From NCBI GenBank assembly GCA_964016885.1, contig OZ024741.1:59148001-59212000 (forward strand): a stretch of 64,000 bases of DNA, given 5' to 3'. A program made the position numbers and the translations under genes. Source of the stretch: Eledone cirrhosa (taxonomy: Eukaryota). The notes beneath the pieces are model-generated. The model was not told where the DNA came from. It made no database searches and was given only the letters and a program-made list of their open reading frames with translations. Shown here piece after piece: positions 1-12,760 of this stretch. The first letter of the stretch is position 1; every line of letters starts with the position of its first letter.

Positions 1-756
1 ACAGAATAGTATTGCCGTGGAGAACAGCCAGTAATATCTGACACATCAGCTATTCCACTTCATGGGGCTCTTCTATCCTCAGGTGTGATGCACTCTACTT
101 AATTTTGTGGAGAAAAACGGCAGTCTGGGGACCAGGATTTATTTTACACCTAAAGTGTAATAGCTTTAGAACCTTCCCCTTCCCTGTTCATAGCTGTTAA
201 CAATTCCTACTTTACAGATGCTCTCCTTCCTAAGTAAATAATAATATTTCTATAGATCTAGCAAAATACTGTATTCCAACTGCAAACAATTCATTTTAGT
301 TTTGTAATAAAACTTGAGTATTCTATTTAACGTTCTATTAAGAGAGGGCCCCTTACCTATCAAATAGTAAATAGTATTTATTCCTCATTGACAATAAGGA
401 TGAATATGTTATTAATACAACATTGAAATACACCAATTGTTCACACAGCATTGCTATAACATTCTCCTATTCTCAACAATTCAGTTCATTGTTATTTCAG
501 TATGATTTGTTAGTAAGTTACCAATAAATCTTTTTAAAAGAATGCTAACTGAATGATGGAATAAATTAGTATATTAATGGAAAGATGCAATAAGTTACTA
601 TTTAGAGTATGGATGAACAAGAAATAATATTCCATTACAAAACTATTATATTAACAGAATGTAATCAGAGATAATTATAGGATGAAATTAACTGAGGAAA
701 ATAGTTTGTAAATCGACATCGAAAAACCCAATTAACACAGAGGTGGAGGATAATGG

Positions 757-930
757 TTTCTGATTTAGGCACAAGGCCAACAATTTAGGGGAAGGGGAAA
801 GTCGATTATATCGACCCCAGTATGTGACTGGTACTTTATTTTATCGACCCCGGAAGGATAACTCAGAACATAACACTATGCCACAAAGCATGTTGTCTGA
901 CGCTCGACTGATACTGCTAATCCACTGCCC
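757..930 (-). mobile_element. tRNA-derived SINE family A, partly deleted copy
   Basis: Shares TTAGGCACAAGGCC...CTGGTACTTTATTTTATCGACCC...AACTCAGA with copies at 4113, 23267 and 38078. Confidence 0.75.
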
Positions 931-1039
931 TACAAAGGTGGAGAATAGTATCAGAATCTCAAGAGCTAAACTAAGCATAAAATTGTTTTACACATGTCAA
1001 ACTATTTGAAAATCAGGAGGGCATCTCACCCGAGGGAGC

Positions 1040-1520
1040 AGTCCTATGTGGTTGAATGGCTGATGTAATGGGTTATACTGGTTGTTCTTTGTGGCAATAT
1101 TTTTGCCATCTTGTCCTCTATGCAGTGCAAGATAATACTATCCAAGCAGAGGTTTAGGGTTTGTCCCATGAGGTTGAAAGGATGATGTAGCAGATGTCAC
1201 TGATGTTCTCTGTAACAATGATTTTGCCATCTAGTTGACCATGGGGTACAGCTGCTAAGATATATTACCAGCTAAGAGTATAGAGTTTGTCTTTTGAGGT
1301 AGAATGGCTGATGTAGTTAGTATCCTTGGCTGTTCTCTGTGGCAATGCTTTCCCCCATTTTATCCACCATGAGGTGCAGCAGCTAAGATGTACTGTCTTG
1401 CCATGGGCAAAGAGTTTGTCCCTTGATGCTGTGGATTTTGTTAGCTATTCTCTGTGGCAGTGTTTTCCTCATCTTGTCTGCGGGGTATACCATCCAACTA
1501 AGAATTTAGAGTTTGCCCCT
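1040..1520. repeat. Diverged tandem repeat, about 120-125 bp unit, about 4 copies
   Basis: Recurring GAATGGCTGATGTA...TGTTCTCTGTGGCAAT...TTTGCCATCT...GAGTTTGTC near 1050, 1172, 1298 and 1425. Confidence 0.6.
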
Positions 1521-3109
1521 CCCTATTTGTTAACCTTCTTTTATAGTTTATTCCTACCTCCCACTTCTTATATTTTCCCCTATTTTTCTCTCTTCCCTTT
1601 TGTAAATACATACAACTGCATATGAAATTTTGACTAAATAAGATACCAGCAATACACTTTCCATTGTTTCAAGTTTAAACAACTGTCGTCTTGTTCTCTA
1701 GTATGCTGTTATTGATGTTATTGTGATATTATAGAAGTCAATACATGCAATAACACTGAAGCCATTTGATTTAGACCTTAACTATTGATTTATCATTGTT
1801 CAGAGGACAAATTGTAAAGCAATCGATTAAGAATAATAAAGTTTCTCAAGGCAGACACACACACACATTCTTATCTCATCCTCAACTTTACCTAATTTGA
1901 TAAAATCATTCCCCGTTGAGAATTGAAGCTCTTATGCTATTTCATTTTGGCATTCCACATCCTATCTTATGCCATAAATTCCTTTATATTATTCTCTTTG
2001 ACAAATGGCTTTCAATAATATGGCACTATAAGAGTTATATTCATCATTTTACTTGCAGGTATCAGATTAAGAAATTAGTTGTCATTTATTTTCTGATCAC
2101 AGCTATATTTACATACTGCAAGCAATCAGATTTTCTTTGGCTGTCAAAAACAAAGTAACATATTCAATAACCTACATTAAGTCTTCCCATTTAGGAAGAT
2201 GTATAACTAATGAAACATATCAATTTCAAATTGCAGTCAGTTTGTTTAAGAATTGTCATATTCATTGTAGCACAATAAGACAAACACCTTCTTATCTTCA
2301 GTCATTCATAACATTTAATAAAACGAAAATAGAAACGCGTTCATACAACACCATCACAATAGATTTGTATTTTGTGTTGTAATTGGAAGACAGCTGAATA
2401 ATAGAGATAATCGATAATGATTTTGAATATCATATACATACATTGTTTGGATACAACTGATTTTCTAATGCAACTGGATCTGGAAAAATTAGGTTGTGGG
2501 ACAGCAATAGAATGGAGGGCTTAAGGTGTGACAGCATTACAATCTTTCCATTGTGAGGTAGAAAGTCTCCAATGTTGAGATGTCATCTGCAATGATACTT
2601 CCTCCAGATGGCACTCTAGTGAATGAAATCAGTGGCAGACTCAGGCTTTGTCACTCGACAGTTTGAGGATAGCAAACTGACAAAGTCCCAATTGTTCTCT
2701 GATAGGTTTCATATCAAAACTTCATGGAAGAAACATCTGGTATCTTAGCCTCACAAACCATTTCCCTACTTCAATTGGGATAGAGATGGCTGTCTGTAGG
2801 AATGAGCCACTTGTGGTAGAATGGTTCTTTCAGTGCATCTCCTTTGCTATTCTTTAATGTATCACATTAATTATAATTATTTTGTCTATTGAGAACCACA
2901 AACTATTTGCATAACTTGATGTGATATAACATAACATTTTTCATTCTTATATAAATAGATAAAAATTTCCATGATAAAACTTCCCTTATGATAAAAATTA
3001 AATATATCATTTTGAAAATGATATAAATGATGTTGATAATTTTCATACCAAAATGCCTGAAACTGGTCTTGGATCTACAATACAAAGCAGTTTATTTTAA
3101 ATTGTGTGT

Positions 3110-3385
3110 GTGGGATATATAAGGTAGTTGTGTGGGTGTCACAACAAAAAGCACCCAGCCCACACTGTAAAGTGGTCATGTAGGAGTCACAACAAAAAGC
3201 ACCCAGCACACACTGTAAATGTGGTTGGCATTAGGAAGGGCATCCAGCTGTAAAAATCTAGCCAGAAACAGTTCTATATAAGCAGGATACAGTCACCGAC
3301 CCAACTTGCCTCAAATGGGACAACCTGTCTAACACATGCTAGCATGGAAAGTGGACAATAAACGAAGAGAATGAGGATAATGATA
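3110..3385 (+). mobile_element. RTE-type 3' UTR fragment
   Basis: AAAAAGCACCCAG..CACACTGTAAA repeats and GGAAGGGCATCCAGCTGTA, the reverse complement of the RTE 3' UTR at 53400-53690. Confidence 0.75.
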
Positions 3386-3393
3386 TATATATA

Positions 3394-3718
3394 TCATCAT
3401 CATCACCGTTTTACGTCCGTTCATCCACGCTAGCATGGGTTAGATGGGTTGTCCTGTTGTGGGCAGTGTCCGGTCAGCTGACCTTGTCTTGCTCATACAG
3501 GAACTGATTCTGGCTTGATTTCTACAGTTGGATGCCCTTCCTAACATCAACCTCATTTACAGTGAGTGCTGGGTGCTTTTTTCCCGTGGCATCTCCACGA
3601 CCACTTTGCAGTGGAATGATATGGACCATCTCATTTCTACAGCTGAGTAAACTGGAGCAATGTGAAATAAAGTGTCTTGCTCAAGGAAACAACACATCAC
3701 CCGGTCCGAGAATTGAGT
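3394..3718 (-). mobile_element. SINE family B (tRNA head plus RTE tail), 5'-truncated
   Basis: Matches 46255-46591; (GAT)n tail; (TA)n on both sides. Confidence 0.8.
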
Positions 3719-4112
3719 TTTTATATATATATATATCATAGTAATAGTTTGGTAAAGATATCCAAGGTATAGAGTAACTCAAGTGTGTAGGGCAAGTTTA
3801 AATATAATTATTAAGGCCAGTTACTACAGTTACTACAGTTACTACAAGCCTTAATAATTATATATATAATAGAATGTTCTAGTTTGCTTGAAGCATTGTG
3901 TATAGTATGTAATGTAAAAAGTAGCATCGATTAGGTACTGATTTTGTCGATGACAACCTGTCCAATCATAGCTAAGAGGGAAAGCAGACGTTATTTGATG
4001 ATGATGATTCAAAACATTTAACGAAAACCAAAGAAGAGCAAAAACTTGTAACTTACAATCCAATGTATGTTAACAAGCAATCAAAAGATTGAGATGTATC
4101 ATAAATACCAAT

Positions 4113-4292
4113 AACTGTTTCTACTTTAGGCACAAGGCCAGCAATTATCCAGTTCATTACTGGTACTTTATTTTATCGACCCTGTAAGGATGAAAGGCAA
4201 AGTAAACCTCGGCGGGATTTGAACTCAGACCGTAAAGGGACGTAACAATGCTGGAAAGCATGGCGTCCGATTCTCTACCGATGTTGCCAATA
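4113..4292 (-). mobile_element. tRNA-derived SINE family A
   Basis: B-box GAGTTCAAATCC on the minus strand followed by TTTGCCTTTCATCCT...GGGTCGATAAAATAAAGTACCAG. Confidence 0.8.
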
Positions 4293-4502
4293 ATACCTGA
4301 TAGTTTGTAAATATTTGAGAATACCGAGAGACAGGTGTGAGAGGTAAATTAACATTTTACACCTGAAGGTTTTTCTTTTCATCTCTCCCCCTCTTTCAAT
4401 TTTTACCATGAATATTGATCTGGCTATCATTCTGCAAATTGCACAAGAAGATAAACTTTACATCGAGCAACTAATTTAGAGTTAACAATCAGGTCACTGA
4501 AA

Positions 4503-4573
<71 letters not shown>

Positions 4574-4631
4574 TACATATATATACATTCACACATATAT
4601 ATATATATTCATACATATATATATATATATG

Positions 4632-4690
<59 letters not shown>

Positions 4691-4726
4691 GTTTACATAT
4701 ATATATATATATACATATACACATAT

Positions 4727-5452
4727 ACGTGTTTTGCAACGGGTCACTTTGTGGCTCAATGAAAAGTTAATAAATTAAATAATCAGAGCTATATATCATA
4801 AAACATGTCTATAGAATCACCAGATAAAATATATACCATTTCCTCTCCCAATTAGCATAATTAACTCTATAAAAAATCGAATAGACCAGGCTATAAGAAT
4901 AAGGCTTCTATGAAGAAATCTCCAACAAATAACCGAAACTAGCCCTTCGCGTCGGCTGCGACGGAATATTTATCGAATATTTCGACAGCGTAATCGCCCA
5001 GATATACAGTCAATTAAACAGAATTAGGTGTAAAATAAACTAGGAGAAAAGAGAATACATTTATTTACCTCTACCATGGTTTCGCCCGCATTTTGAGATT
5101 TCCAATAACTTCAGAAACTCGAGCATCGGACTCTTCAGGAGTTTGCTCTAATGCGGACGAAACCATAGTAGAGGTAAATAAATGTATTCTCTTTTCTCCT
5201 AGTTTATTTTACACCTAATTCTGTTTAATTGACTGTATATCTGGGCGATTACGCTGTTGAAATATTCAATAAATATTCCGTCGCAGCCGACGCGAAGGGC
5301 TAGTTTCGGTTATTTGTTGGAGATTTCTTCATAGAAGCCTTATTCTTATAGCCTGATCTATTCGATTTTTTATATAGTTAATTATGCTAATTGGGAGAGG
5401 AAATGGTATATATTTTATCTGGTGATTCTATAGACATGTTTTATGATATATA
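4727..5452. mobile_element. Non-coding fold-back HHR element (arms 4791-5092 and 5150-5452; one-sided extension 4727-4790)
   Basis: About 300-bp near-perfect inverted arms, about 57-bp spacer, (TA)n flanks, HHR spanning the spacer and left arm. Confidence 0.9.
5069..5141 (-). ncRNA. Type I hammerhead ribozyme
   Basis: ctc CTGAAGA gtccg...cgggc GAAA CCATGG TA gag; palindromic stem III ACCATGGT. Confidence 0.8.
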
Positions 5453-5467
5453 TATATAATTCTGGAC

Positions 5468-5595
5468 AGAATTAGCCGTCGAAACGGCTTGAACTCAGCC
5501 GTCGGGGTCCTACTCGTTCCTATTACCCACTCTACTACCCTAAGTAATTTGGTGCGTTATGGTCCACCTGGTTCCTTACCACATTTCCTCCGTTA
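5468..5595 (+). mobile_element. 3' fragment of the 23490-25326 HHR element family
   Basis: CAGAATTAGCCGTCGAAACGGCTTGAACTCAGCCGTCGGGGTC...CCACATTTCCTCCGTT matches the reverse complement of 23490-23626. Confidence 0.85.
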
Positions 5596-5625
5596 TATAT
5601 ATATATATGAATATATATATATATA

Positions 5626-8600
5626 GTATAAAAGAGAAAACACAGGTAAGCATTAAGAGAAGGATTTTATCCAGGTATTTACGACCGTTTCATTGGTAAG
5701 TGCAACCTTATATTGCTATACTGCAAATAGCAGCCACTCAATTATAATTGTTGTTCACAGTCCAAATTTTCAAAATAGTAAGTTACTCTTGAAATAATTC
5801 TTAATATATAGAGAAAAACATTTATTTGGAATTGTATTTACTAGTATATAGAGAGAGGAATCAGAAGGTGAGGGGACAGACGGAATAGTATAGAGAGAGA
5901 GGAAGGGGGAAGAGGTAGGAAGTAGAGTGACAAACTGAGATGGAGGGAGGGGTAGAGGTGGAAGGATTCCTTGGTCAGTTTTGATAGCAGACTTCATGTA
6001 GTTGAATGTAGTGAGTTAACGAGAATTAAATTGATCATAGTGGGAGGGATGGATAGAGAGGGGGGGAGAGAGTGGGGGGGGGGGGGATATAAAGATATAT
6101 ATATATATATATAAAATAAAGATAAAGATAATAATGACAAAAATAAAAGCAAAGAGGGTGTGAGAAAGAATAAAAGAAAAGATAGCCAAGAAGGGGAGGG
6201 AAGGAAGGAAGAAAACGAAGAAATAGAAGAGGAATGAGGGAGAAGATGGGGATATATGTATTGGTTTTGTGGGTAATTAAAGGGTTTAGAAACAACAAGA
6301 GGGTATAAAGTCTAAGTATATGCAGTTTGTCAGTTGGTAGTAAGAGGTTAAGGGTTCGATTTTTAGTGCGAAAACTTCTCTTTGAGTCTATGGTTACAAT
6401 AAATTGATCTCTCGATTTTACTGTTGATTAACTTATTCTTCGAACTTAAGATGTGGAACAGCCCAAGGTCGCATAATCGACAGCTTCTCATACCACTCCG
6501 ATATGGGGGCGCGTTCGATAATTTTTTCCACTTCAGGGTGTATTGATGGTTACTTTTCCCTCAGTTGCCAGGTCTTGTTTGCAAGGGTAGTTACATAACG
6601 GTGGATGTTTCATTGCGTAATGTTTCATTGCGGGAATGTTTCATTGCGTAACGATGTGTATACCAACGGGCTTTAAATGTATTCCCAGTCGCTCCGATGT
6701 AATACCATTTCTGGTTGTCTGATTCCACTGTGCATTGGTAAACCAGGTTAGACTGCATACATTCATTATGTAATGGACAGGTTTCAGGTAGGTGGCAGTT
6801 ACAGTTCTTGTCATGGGCAACTTTGGCATTATTTGTGGGCTGCGGTGCCTGTACAAGTGTGTTACGTTTTGTTTGCCTATTAGCGGGTGGTTGTGTATTA
6901 GATATTATGTTGTGTTCGGTGGTAATTGTATTGTTATTGTTGTAAATTTGTGTTTTGGTGTTGTTATGTATCTTTTTAGCGTTAAGCATCTTAATGTATG
7001 CCTCTATATTTGGTGCCGTGGAGTAAGATAGTCTAATAGATTTAGTGTTAAGGATTTTGCTGTATCTATGTGAATATGGAAAGTGCTTATTTATTATTCT
7101 AAAGAAGGTAGAGGGTAGGTTAGTACTAATAGAGGTGTTAAAGATGGGGTTATACCAAATATATTTTCTACTGCGTGACTTGTTTGATTTCGATGCTGTA
7201 TTTCTATTTGCCGTATACTTTGCAGTTCTATGCGTAAGTGCGTGTGTTAACGGAGTTTGTGTTATGCGTGTTCGTGTGCGCTTCACGGAGGCTTTCATCT
7301 ATATATTCTACTCTATCTAAGTGGCATGCCTTGTCTAATGCGGTATTGTAGTATTCTGCATGTTCTTCGAAGATTTGTCGGTTAGACGAGAGGCGGGAGA
7401 TCCTAAGGGATATGCTGCGTGGAATGGATTTAATTATGGATAGTGGGTGGTTTGAGTTCCAGTTGATGTATGCTAAGTTTTCATTAATCTTGTGAAAAGG
7501 TCTTATAAGTCCCGTATTTAGGTTAAACGTCACGTCTAGAAAGTTAACTGTTTTAGTGCTATACTCATACGTTATGCTAAGGCCTAGTTTTCCGAGAGTC
7601 TTTCTAATATTCTTACGGAGTCTTTCTATGCTCTGGTTATTTAGGTTCTTAACTAGGAGAAGGGCGTCGTCTCTGTAGATTCCACCGTGAAGGTCGCTAA
7701 ACTCACTTTGTAAACTATGGGCTATGTAAATACCTACTAAATCTGTGACTTGAGCCGAGTCGTTAGCCCCCATCATGATGTCAAAGTTATTTAACTATCC
7801 TTACGTTCCCAATAGGCGTTTTCAAATTTAATTATTGTTTTCCTAGCAGCTAATATGATTTTTATCTCGTTGTCTGTTATGTCAGAATTGGCTTTGGCGA
7901 ATGCTAAGGCTTTATCCAAGGTGTTGGGGGATATAGATGAGTAATAATCGTTAATGTCAAATTGTATAAATTTAGATACTTCTTTGTTAGCTATATTGTT
8001 AAACCACTTAATTGTTTCGGTAGCGTTACCCCATAGTTTAATCATTAGTTTATTCTTCATTTGTGCTACCACTCTGTCTAATATATGTTTACTAATTTTC
8101 CCGATGTCCGATTTGGACGGGCATATAAGTCTAATTGTGGGGTTATAATCAAAATTTACCTTGTGGTCTTTGAGGTTAAATGTGGGGGTACATGGCCTAA
8201 GTGGCTCCGTTCTGTCGTCTATTCCTAGGTGTTTGACTATATTGTGTGCCTCGTTGTTGATGTTTATCAGTGCCGCCTCATTTGTTTTTTTTTGTATTTC
8301 CTATGTAATTCCTTCCGTATGAAGCTATTGTATGTATTAACATCCATCGTATACGCATTTGATGTTTTGTCCGCTTTGACAATAATTCCATTGGTGGGTC
8401 GCAGCTTTTTTAGGAATGTATTTATGTCATTCTGGAGTTTATTATTCCTCCGCTTTTTGAATTTGATATTCATAATCATCTTCAGTAAGTCCTGTTCAAA
8501 GGCATCCAGTTGAGGGTTGGTAGGTGGGCTTTTACACGATTTGAAGCCGTATGTTTCCTTGTTGTATTCCACGGTGCGACCATTACGTCCTTTGTCGAAA

Positions 8601-8645
8601 TGGAAAGTTTTCCATCTAACTCTGCGTATTGAACGGAATACTTAC
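5626..8645 (-). mobile_element. Penelope-like element 1, decayed (RT plus GIY-YIG, 3' pLTR with HHR)
   Basis: Frameshifted ORF pieces 8267-8572, 7791-8072 (FIQFDINDYYSSI), 7228-7776 (MG..DSAQVTDLVG, IYRDD, VNFLDVT) and 6591-7298 (LVYQC...YYIGAT...FKARW). Confidence 0.92.
5676..5777 (-). ncRNA. Hammerhead ribozyme variant with U3-A8 core
   Basis: tatt TTGAAAA t ttgg...ccaa t GAAA CGGTCG TA aata, at the expected pLTR position. Confidence 0.6.
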
Positions 8646-8756
8646 AAACTTGTGGAGTTACCCCTAACCGTACGTTGAAACCATCAATGAAACTGGCTTT
8701 CTTAACCAAAAACTGGATCACAATAAGCAATTTTTTGCATCTCTAACTATATATAT

Positions 8757-9878
8757 ATATAAATTAATAAAAATAATGAATAAACAAAGAAACAGTTCCT
8801 TATATTAAAAAATTCATCATTTTACGATCGTTTCTAGGATATATATGTTAGTGTTGGTATGCGTATCATATAGATCTATGTAAAATTTTTACAAACTATC
8901 AGAAGGAATATATATACTTACACATATATATGCTGTCTTCAGAAATAATGATATTTGTTTATTGAAAAAACCCAACAAAGATTTAATACAGTAGGCCTGT
9001 TTGGGAACAGGTTTTGAATTGACCAATAGAAAGATAGTGAAGGTCAAGATGGTAAAATAGTAGTAATAGAGCCTTAATTTAGGGGTAGAGGAAGGTAGAT
9101 TTCAGTTTTGGATGGAAAGAATATTATGAATGAAAGATTATTTTAGGGATGAAAATAGGTCATATGCTGTCTTCAGAAATAATTATATTTGTTCATTGAA
9201 TAAAACCAACAAAGATTTAATATAATAGGTCTGTTTGGGAACAGGTTTTGAATTGACCAGTAGAAAGGTAATAACTGGCCAAATGGTATAATAGTAGTAA
9301 TGGAACTTTAATTTAGGGGTAGAAGAAGGCAGATTTCAGTTTTGAATGGAAGCAGTATGATGACTGAAAAGGTTATTTTAGGGGTTAAAATAGGTGAGGT
9401 CGGTAAAAGGTACACGAAAAATCGCTGTTATAAAAGAATAATGTCATTGTAAATATCTAAGGAGACTAACATTTTACGATAAAAGTGTTAGTGAAAAAAA
9501 TATATGGAATTTACATCTATGAAAATAAAATAAATTAATTAAATTGATAGGTATATTTATTTTGATTAAATTATATTAATGCATATAGATATGATAAATA
9601 AGAGTTAGATGTAATTGAAGAGTGCTGTTAAAAACGAGGGGAAATAAAAAAAAAATCATAACCTGAAATTAAAACAGTATATATGATGAATTTTTTAATA
9701 TAAGGAACTGTTTCTTTGTTTATTCATTATTTTTATTAATTTATCTTGACTCTGTTTTCCTGTATTTTTCAACGATAAAAATTTTTTGAATACATCTTCT
9801 CTTTTCATGATATTCGGATTACATTGAGTTCTTCATACGGATTGGACACTACCGTACATTTTGGTAGATTTATCTACA
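8757..9878. mobile_element. Non-coding HHR element: inverted ends 8758-8820 and 9683-9744, internal 234-bp tandem repeat, extension 9745-9878
   Basis: Inverted and direct repeats visible; (TA)n flanks; HHR. Confidence 0.85.
8814..8951 (-). ncRNA. Hammerhead ribozyme with long stem II
   Basis: tcattattt CTGAAGA cagcatatatatgt...acatatatatccta GAAA CGATCG TA aaatgatga; 9-bp stem I. Confidence 0.8.
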
Positions 9879-9918
9879 TATATATATATATATGAATATA
9901 TATATATATATATATATA

Positions 9919-9952
<34 letters not shown>

Positions 9953-9974
9953 TATATATATATATATATATATA

Positions 9975-10094
<120 letters not shown>

Positions 10095-10277
10095 TATATA
10101 TATATATATATGAATATATTGTTATACTTTGGGAGGGTCATGTTGCCAATAAGAAACACACGCACCAGTTGCTTTCACTTCAATTTATTATATATTTATA
10201 AATTTATAAATTTACAAATCTACAAACTTATAAATTTCTGGTTGGTTGGTTCCACAACCAGATAGTTGTTTATATAT

Positions 10278-10322
10278 AGTCATAGTCCTTTCGTCACACA
10301 CTCTGTGACCTCTTCAGTGACT
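10278..10322 (-). ncRNA. Minimal hammerhead ribozyme in the pLTR
   Basis: agtca CTGAAGA g gtcac..gtgac GAAA GGAC TA tgact. Confidence 0.85.
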
Positions 10323-10584
10323 GGGGATTCCTTTCTTTGTTTCTGTGCCTTTCCTTTCTTCTATCCTACGCCATTTTGTTTCTGTGTGTGTGTTGTATGT
10401 TCAGTTTGCGCATGCGCCACATCCGGGTGTCTGTGTGTGTTGTGTTCATTTATTTATTTATTTATTGTTGGTTGGTTGTTTGTTCTATGTGTGTGTGTGT
10501 TTTCATTTTGTCCTTAATTGTAAGTTGTTTGTTCTATGTGTGTGTGTGTTTTCATTTTGTCCTGTGTGTGTTTTCATTTTGTCC

Positions 10585-12760
10585 TTAATTGTAAGTTGTG
10601 ATGTTGCTGTTCCACTCATATTTTCTATTTAATTTTGGTTGTAATTCTTTTATGCTTACTGCCTCTGTAATTTGCCTAAACATTGCATCTTTTCTGTGTG
10701 TGGATTCTATTTTTATTTCTATGTTCTCTAATCTACCCCTGTGTTCTATCTTAGCATGTTGGTAGAGCACAGATGATTCTTTATTATCTTGAAGGTCTCG
10801 CCAGTGTTCATTTATTCGTTCCCCTATACTACGAGCTGTCTCACCTATGTACACTATATTTTTGTTTCTACATTGTCCTTCAGTACATCTTATGCTATAC
10901 ACTACATTTCTAGTTTTACAGTTAATATGGGGGTTTATTTTACAGGTTATACATTTCTTATCTATACATGAGGGTCTTTGGAACGGGTATGTCTTGCTAA
11001 TAAGTGGTTTTACGGAGGTACCTGGTCTTTCTACTATCTTAATATTGAGTTTATGTTTATTTAGGGCCCTTCTAAATTTGTAGGCTAGTTCGCCTCTAGG
11101 GGTTGTATTGATGAACATTACACTCTGGTATTTATTGCTATCATACCATGAGTTTATTCTATTGGCCTTGTTCCTAGTTCTTTCTATTCTATTCCAAAAT
11201 TTGCTCCTATACAAGGGGCAGGTCCCATTTATGTCATTATTTACCATTTTTTCCCATTTGGTTCTGGCTCCTTTATACACTCTGATTCTATCTCTCTGAT
11301 TGTAGCCAGAGAACTGCATACGGTGGATGAAGTGTTGTATGTGTCTCTCTAGTTCTTCGGGGTTGCACATGCGGGACACATTTCTCATCACCCGTACCAA
11401 ATCCGCAATCAGTATGTTGATTTTGGTATGGTCCGAAATGGCCGAGTTTCGGTGGATCAGATGTTTGGAAGTCATGGGTTTGGCATAATGGGAATGGAGG
11501 ATTTGTTTTTGGTTGTTAATGGTATCTAACCAGAGCTCTGTGTCTAGTACAGGTAATCGATGGTTGGGGTGTCTACTTGGGTAGTCTATAGTAACTCTAA
11601 TGCTCTGGTGGATGGAGTTTGCTATTTGCTGGATGCTTTCCATTGTGTTTTTCTCTAGTTCCTGACTGTTCTTTAGTGGGGGTGTCTTAACTACGATGTT
11701 TATATCATCTACGTAGCGGGAGTACATTATCAGGGTTAAGCTGTCTTCTAATTGTTCTTTAAGTTTTTGTTTAATTCTACAGTCCCACCATACCATGAAT
11801 AAGTTAGCTATGTCGCCTGCAATGCTAACACCAATGGCTGCTCCTTCCTCTTGGGCATATGTTTTACCATTAAATTTGAACATATGTTCCTTAAGGGTTA
11901 ATTTTATGCTGGCCCCTACCGCATGTGCAATCATTTTCTTCAGTTCATCGTGGTTTTCGGGTGTCCGTATGGCTCTAGTCCACCCGTTCCATCTATCTGT
12001 GTGGGTTTTCTTGGCCATTGAGGTAATGGTAGGTGGTCTGCCTCTTGCTGGTCTTGTAGGGCACAGGTTGCTAAGGTCATAAGTGTCTAGGTAACTATTA
12101 CTATGGGTAAGCTTAGGTAGAAGTCCCAGCTCACTGGTATCAATCCCAAGGAACTCAACCTTGCTCTCGCTGATCATTTCTACGCATTTCTCCACAGCAA
12201 AATCCACGTCAATAGATGGATACAGGGACACAACATCCATACTGCCTATTATGCAGTTTGTTAGGTCCCCAGATCGGTTACCCGCGCCGATTCTGCTGAG
12301 GAGGTCCTCCGTGCTGTCACATACATCTGGGGACATCTCAATAATGGGGCGTATGATCAGGGAGAGGAAGTAGGACAGTCTGTAGTTACTAGCAATGTTA
12401 GCCCCACAGACTGGCCGCGTTGGTGGTCCCGCGACAGGGTCCCAGCCCGTTTTATGGTCTTTTCGAAGCCCATACAACGCCGGCACGTCATTGTTCCAGG
12501 CCTGGAAGTTGTTGGCAGTCCTTTTGTTGGGCTGCATTATATTCGTCCACATCACCATATGGGCATTGAGGGCTTTTTCTCTATCCTCATGCTCCTGTGG
12601 TGTTACCTCTCTTGTGTTAGTGATGTGGGGTTGCATTGCCTGGATGTAGTTTGGCAGGCTGTCAACCGACATTCTGCCAGACTTGTCTGTTGGAAAACAT
12701 GCTATCTCTCCATTACGCTGCATGAGTTTACGCAAGCCATTTGCAGATTTTTCTCCCAGT
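10585..12760 (-). CDS. PLE reverse transcriptase/GIY-YIG endonuclease, 5'-truncated but uninterrupted
   Basis: PTDKSG, GLRKDHK, RPVC, SMDVVSLYPSI, GAAIG, RYVDD, LPVLD, CxxxxCxxC linker, VVYSIRC...YIGETAR...ERINEH, LNRKYE. The first about 9 aa of the tracked ORF come from the other arm. Confidence 0.93.

Noticed and set aside
4791-5452. Classical MITE or Foldback DNA transposon reading of the palindromes
   Set aside because: Ends are asymmetric, arms contain HHRs, and the layout matches the RT-coding PLEs nearby; TSDs cannot be judged within (TA)n
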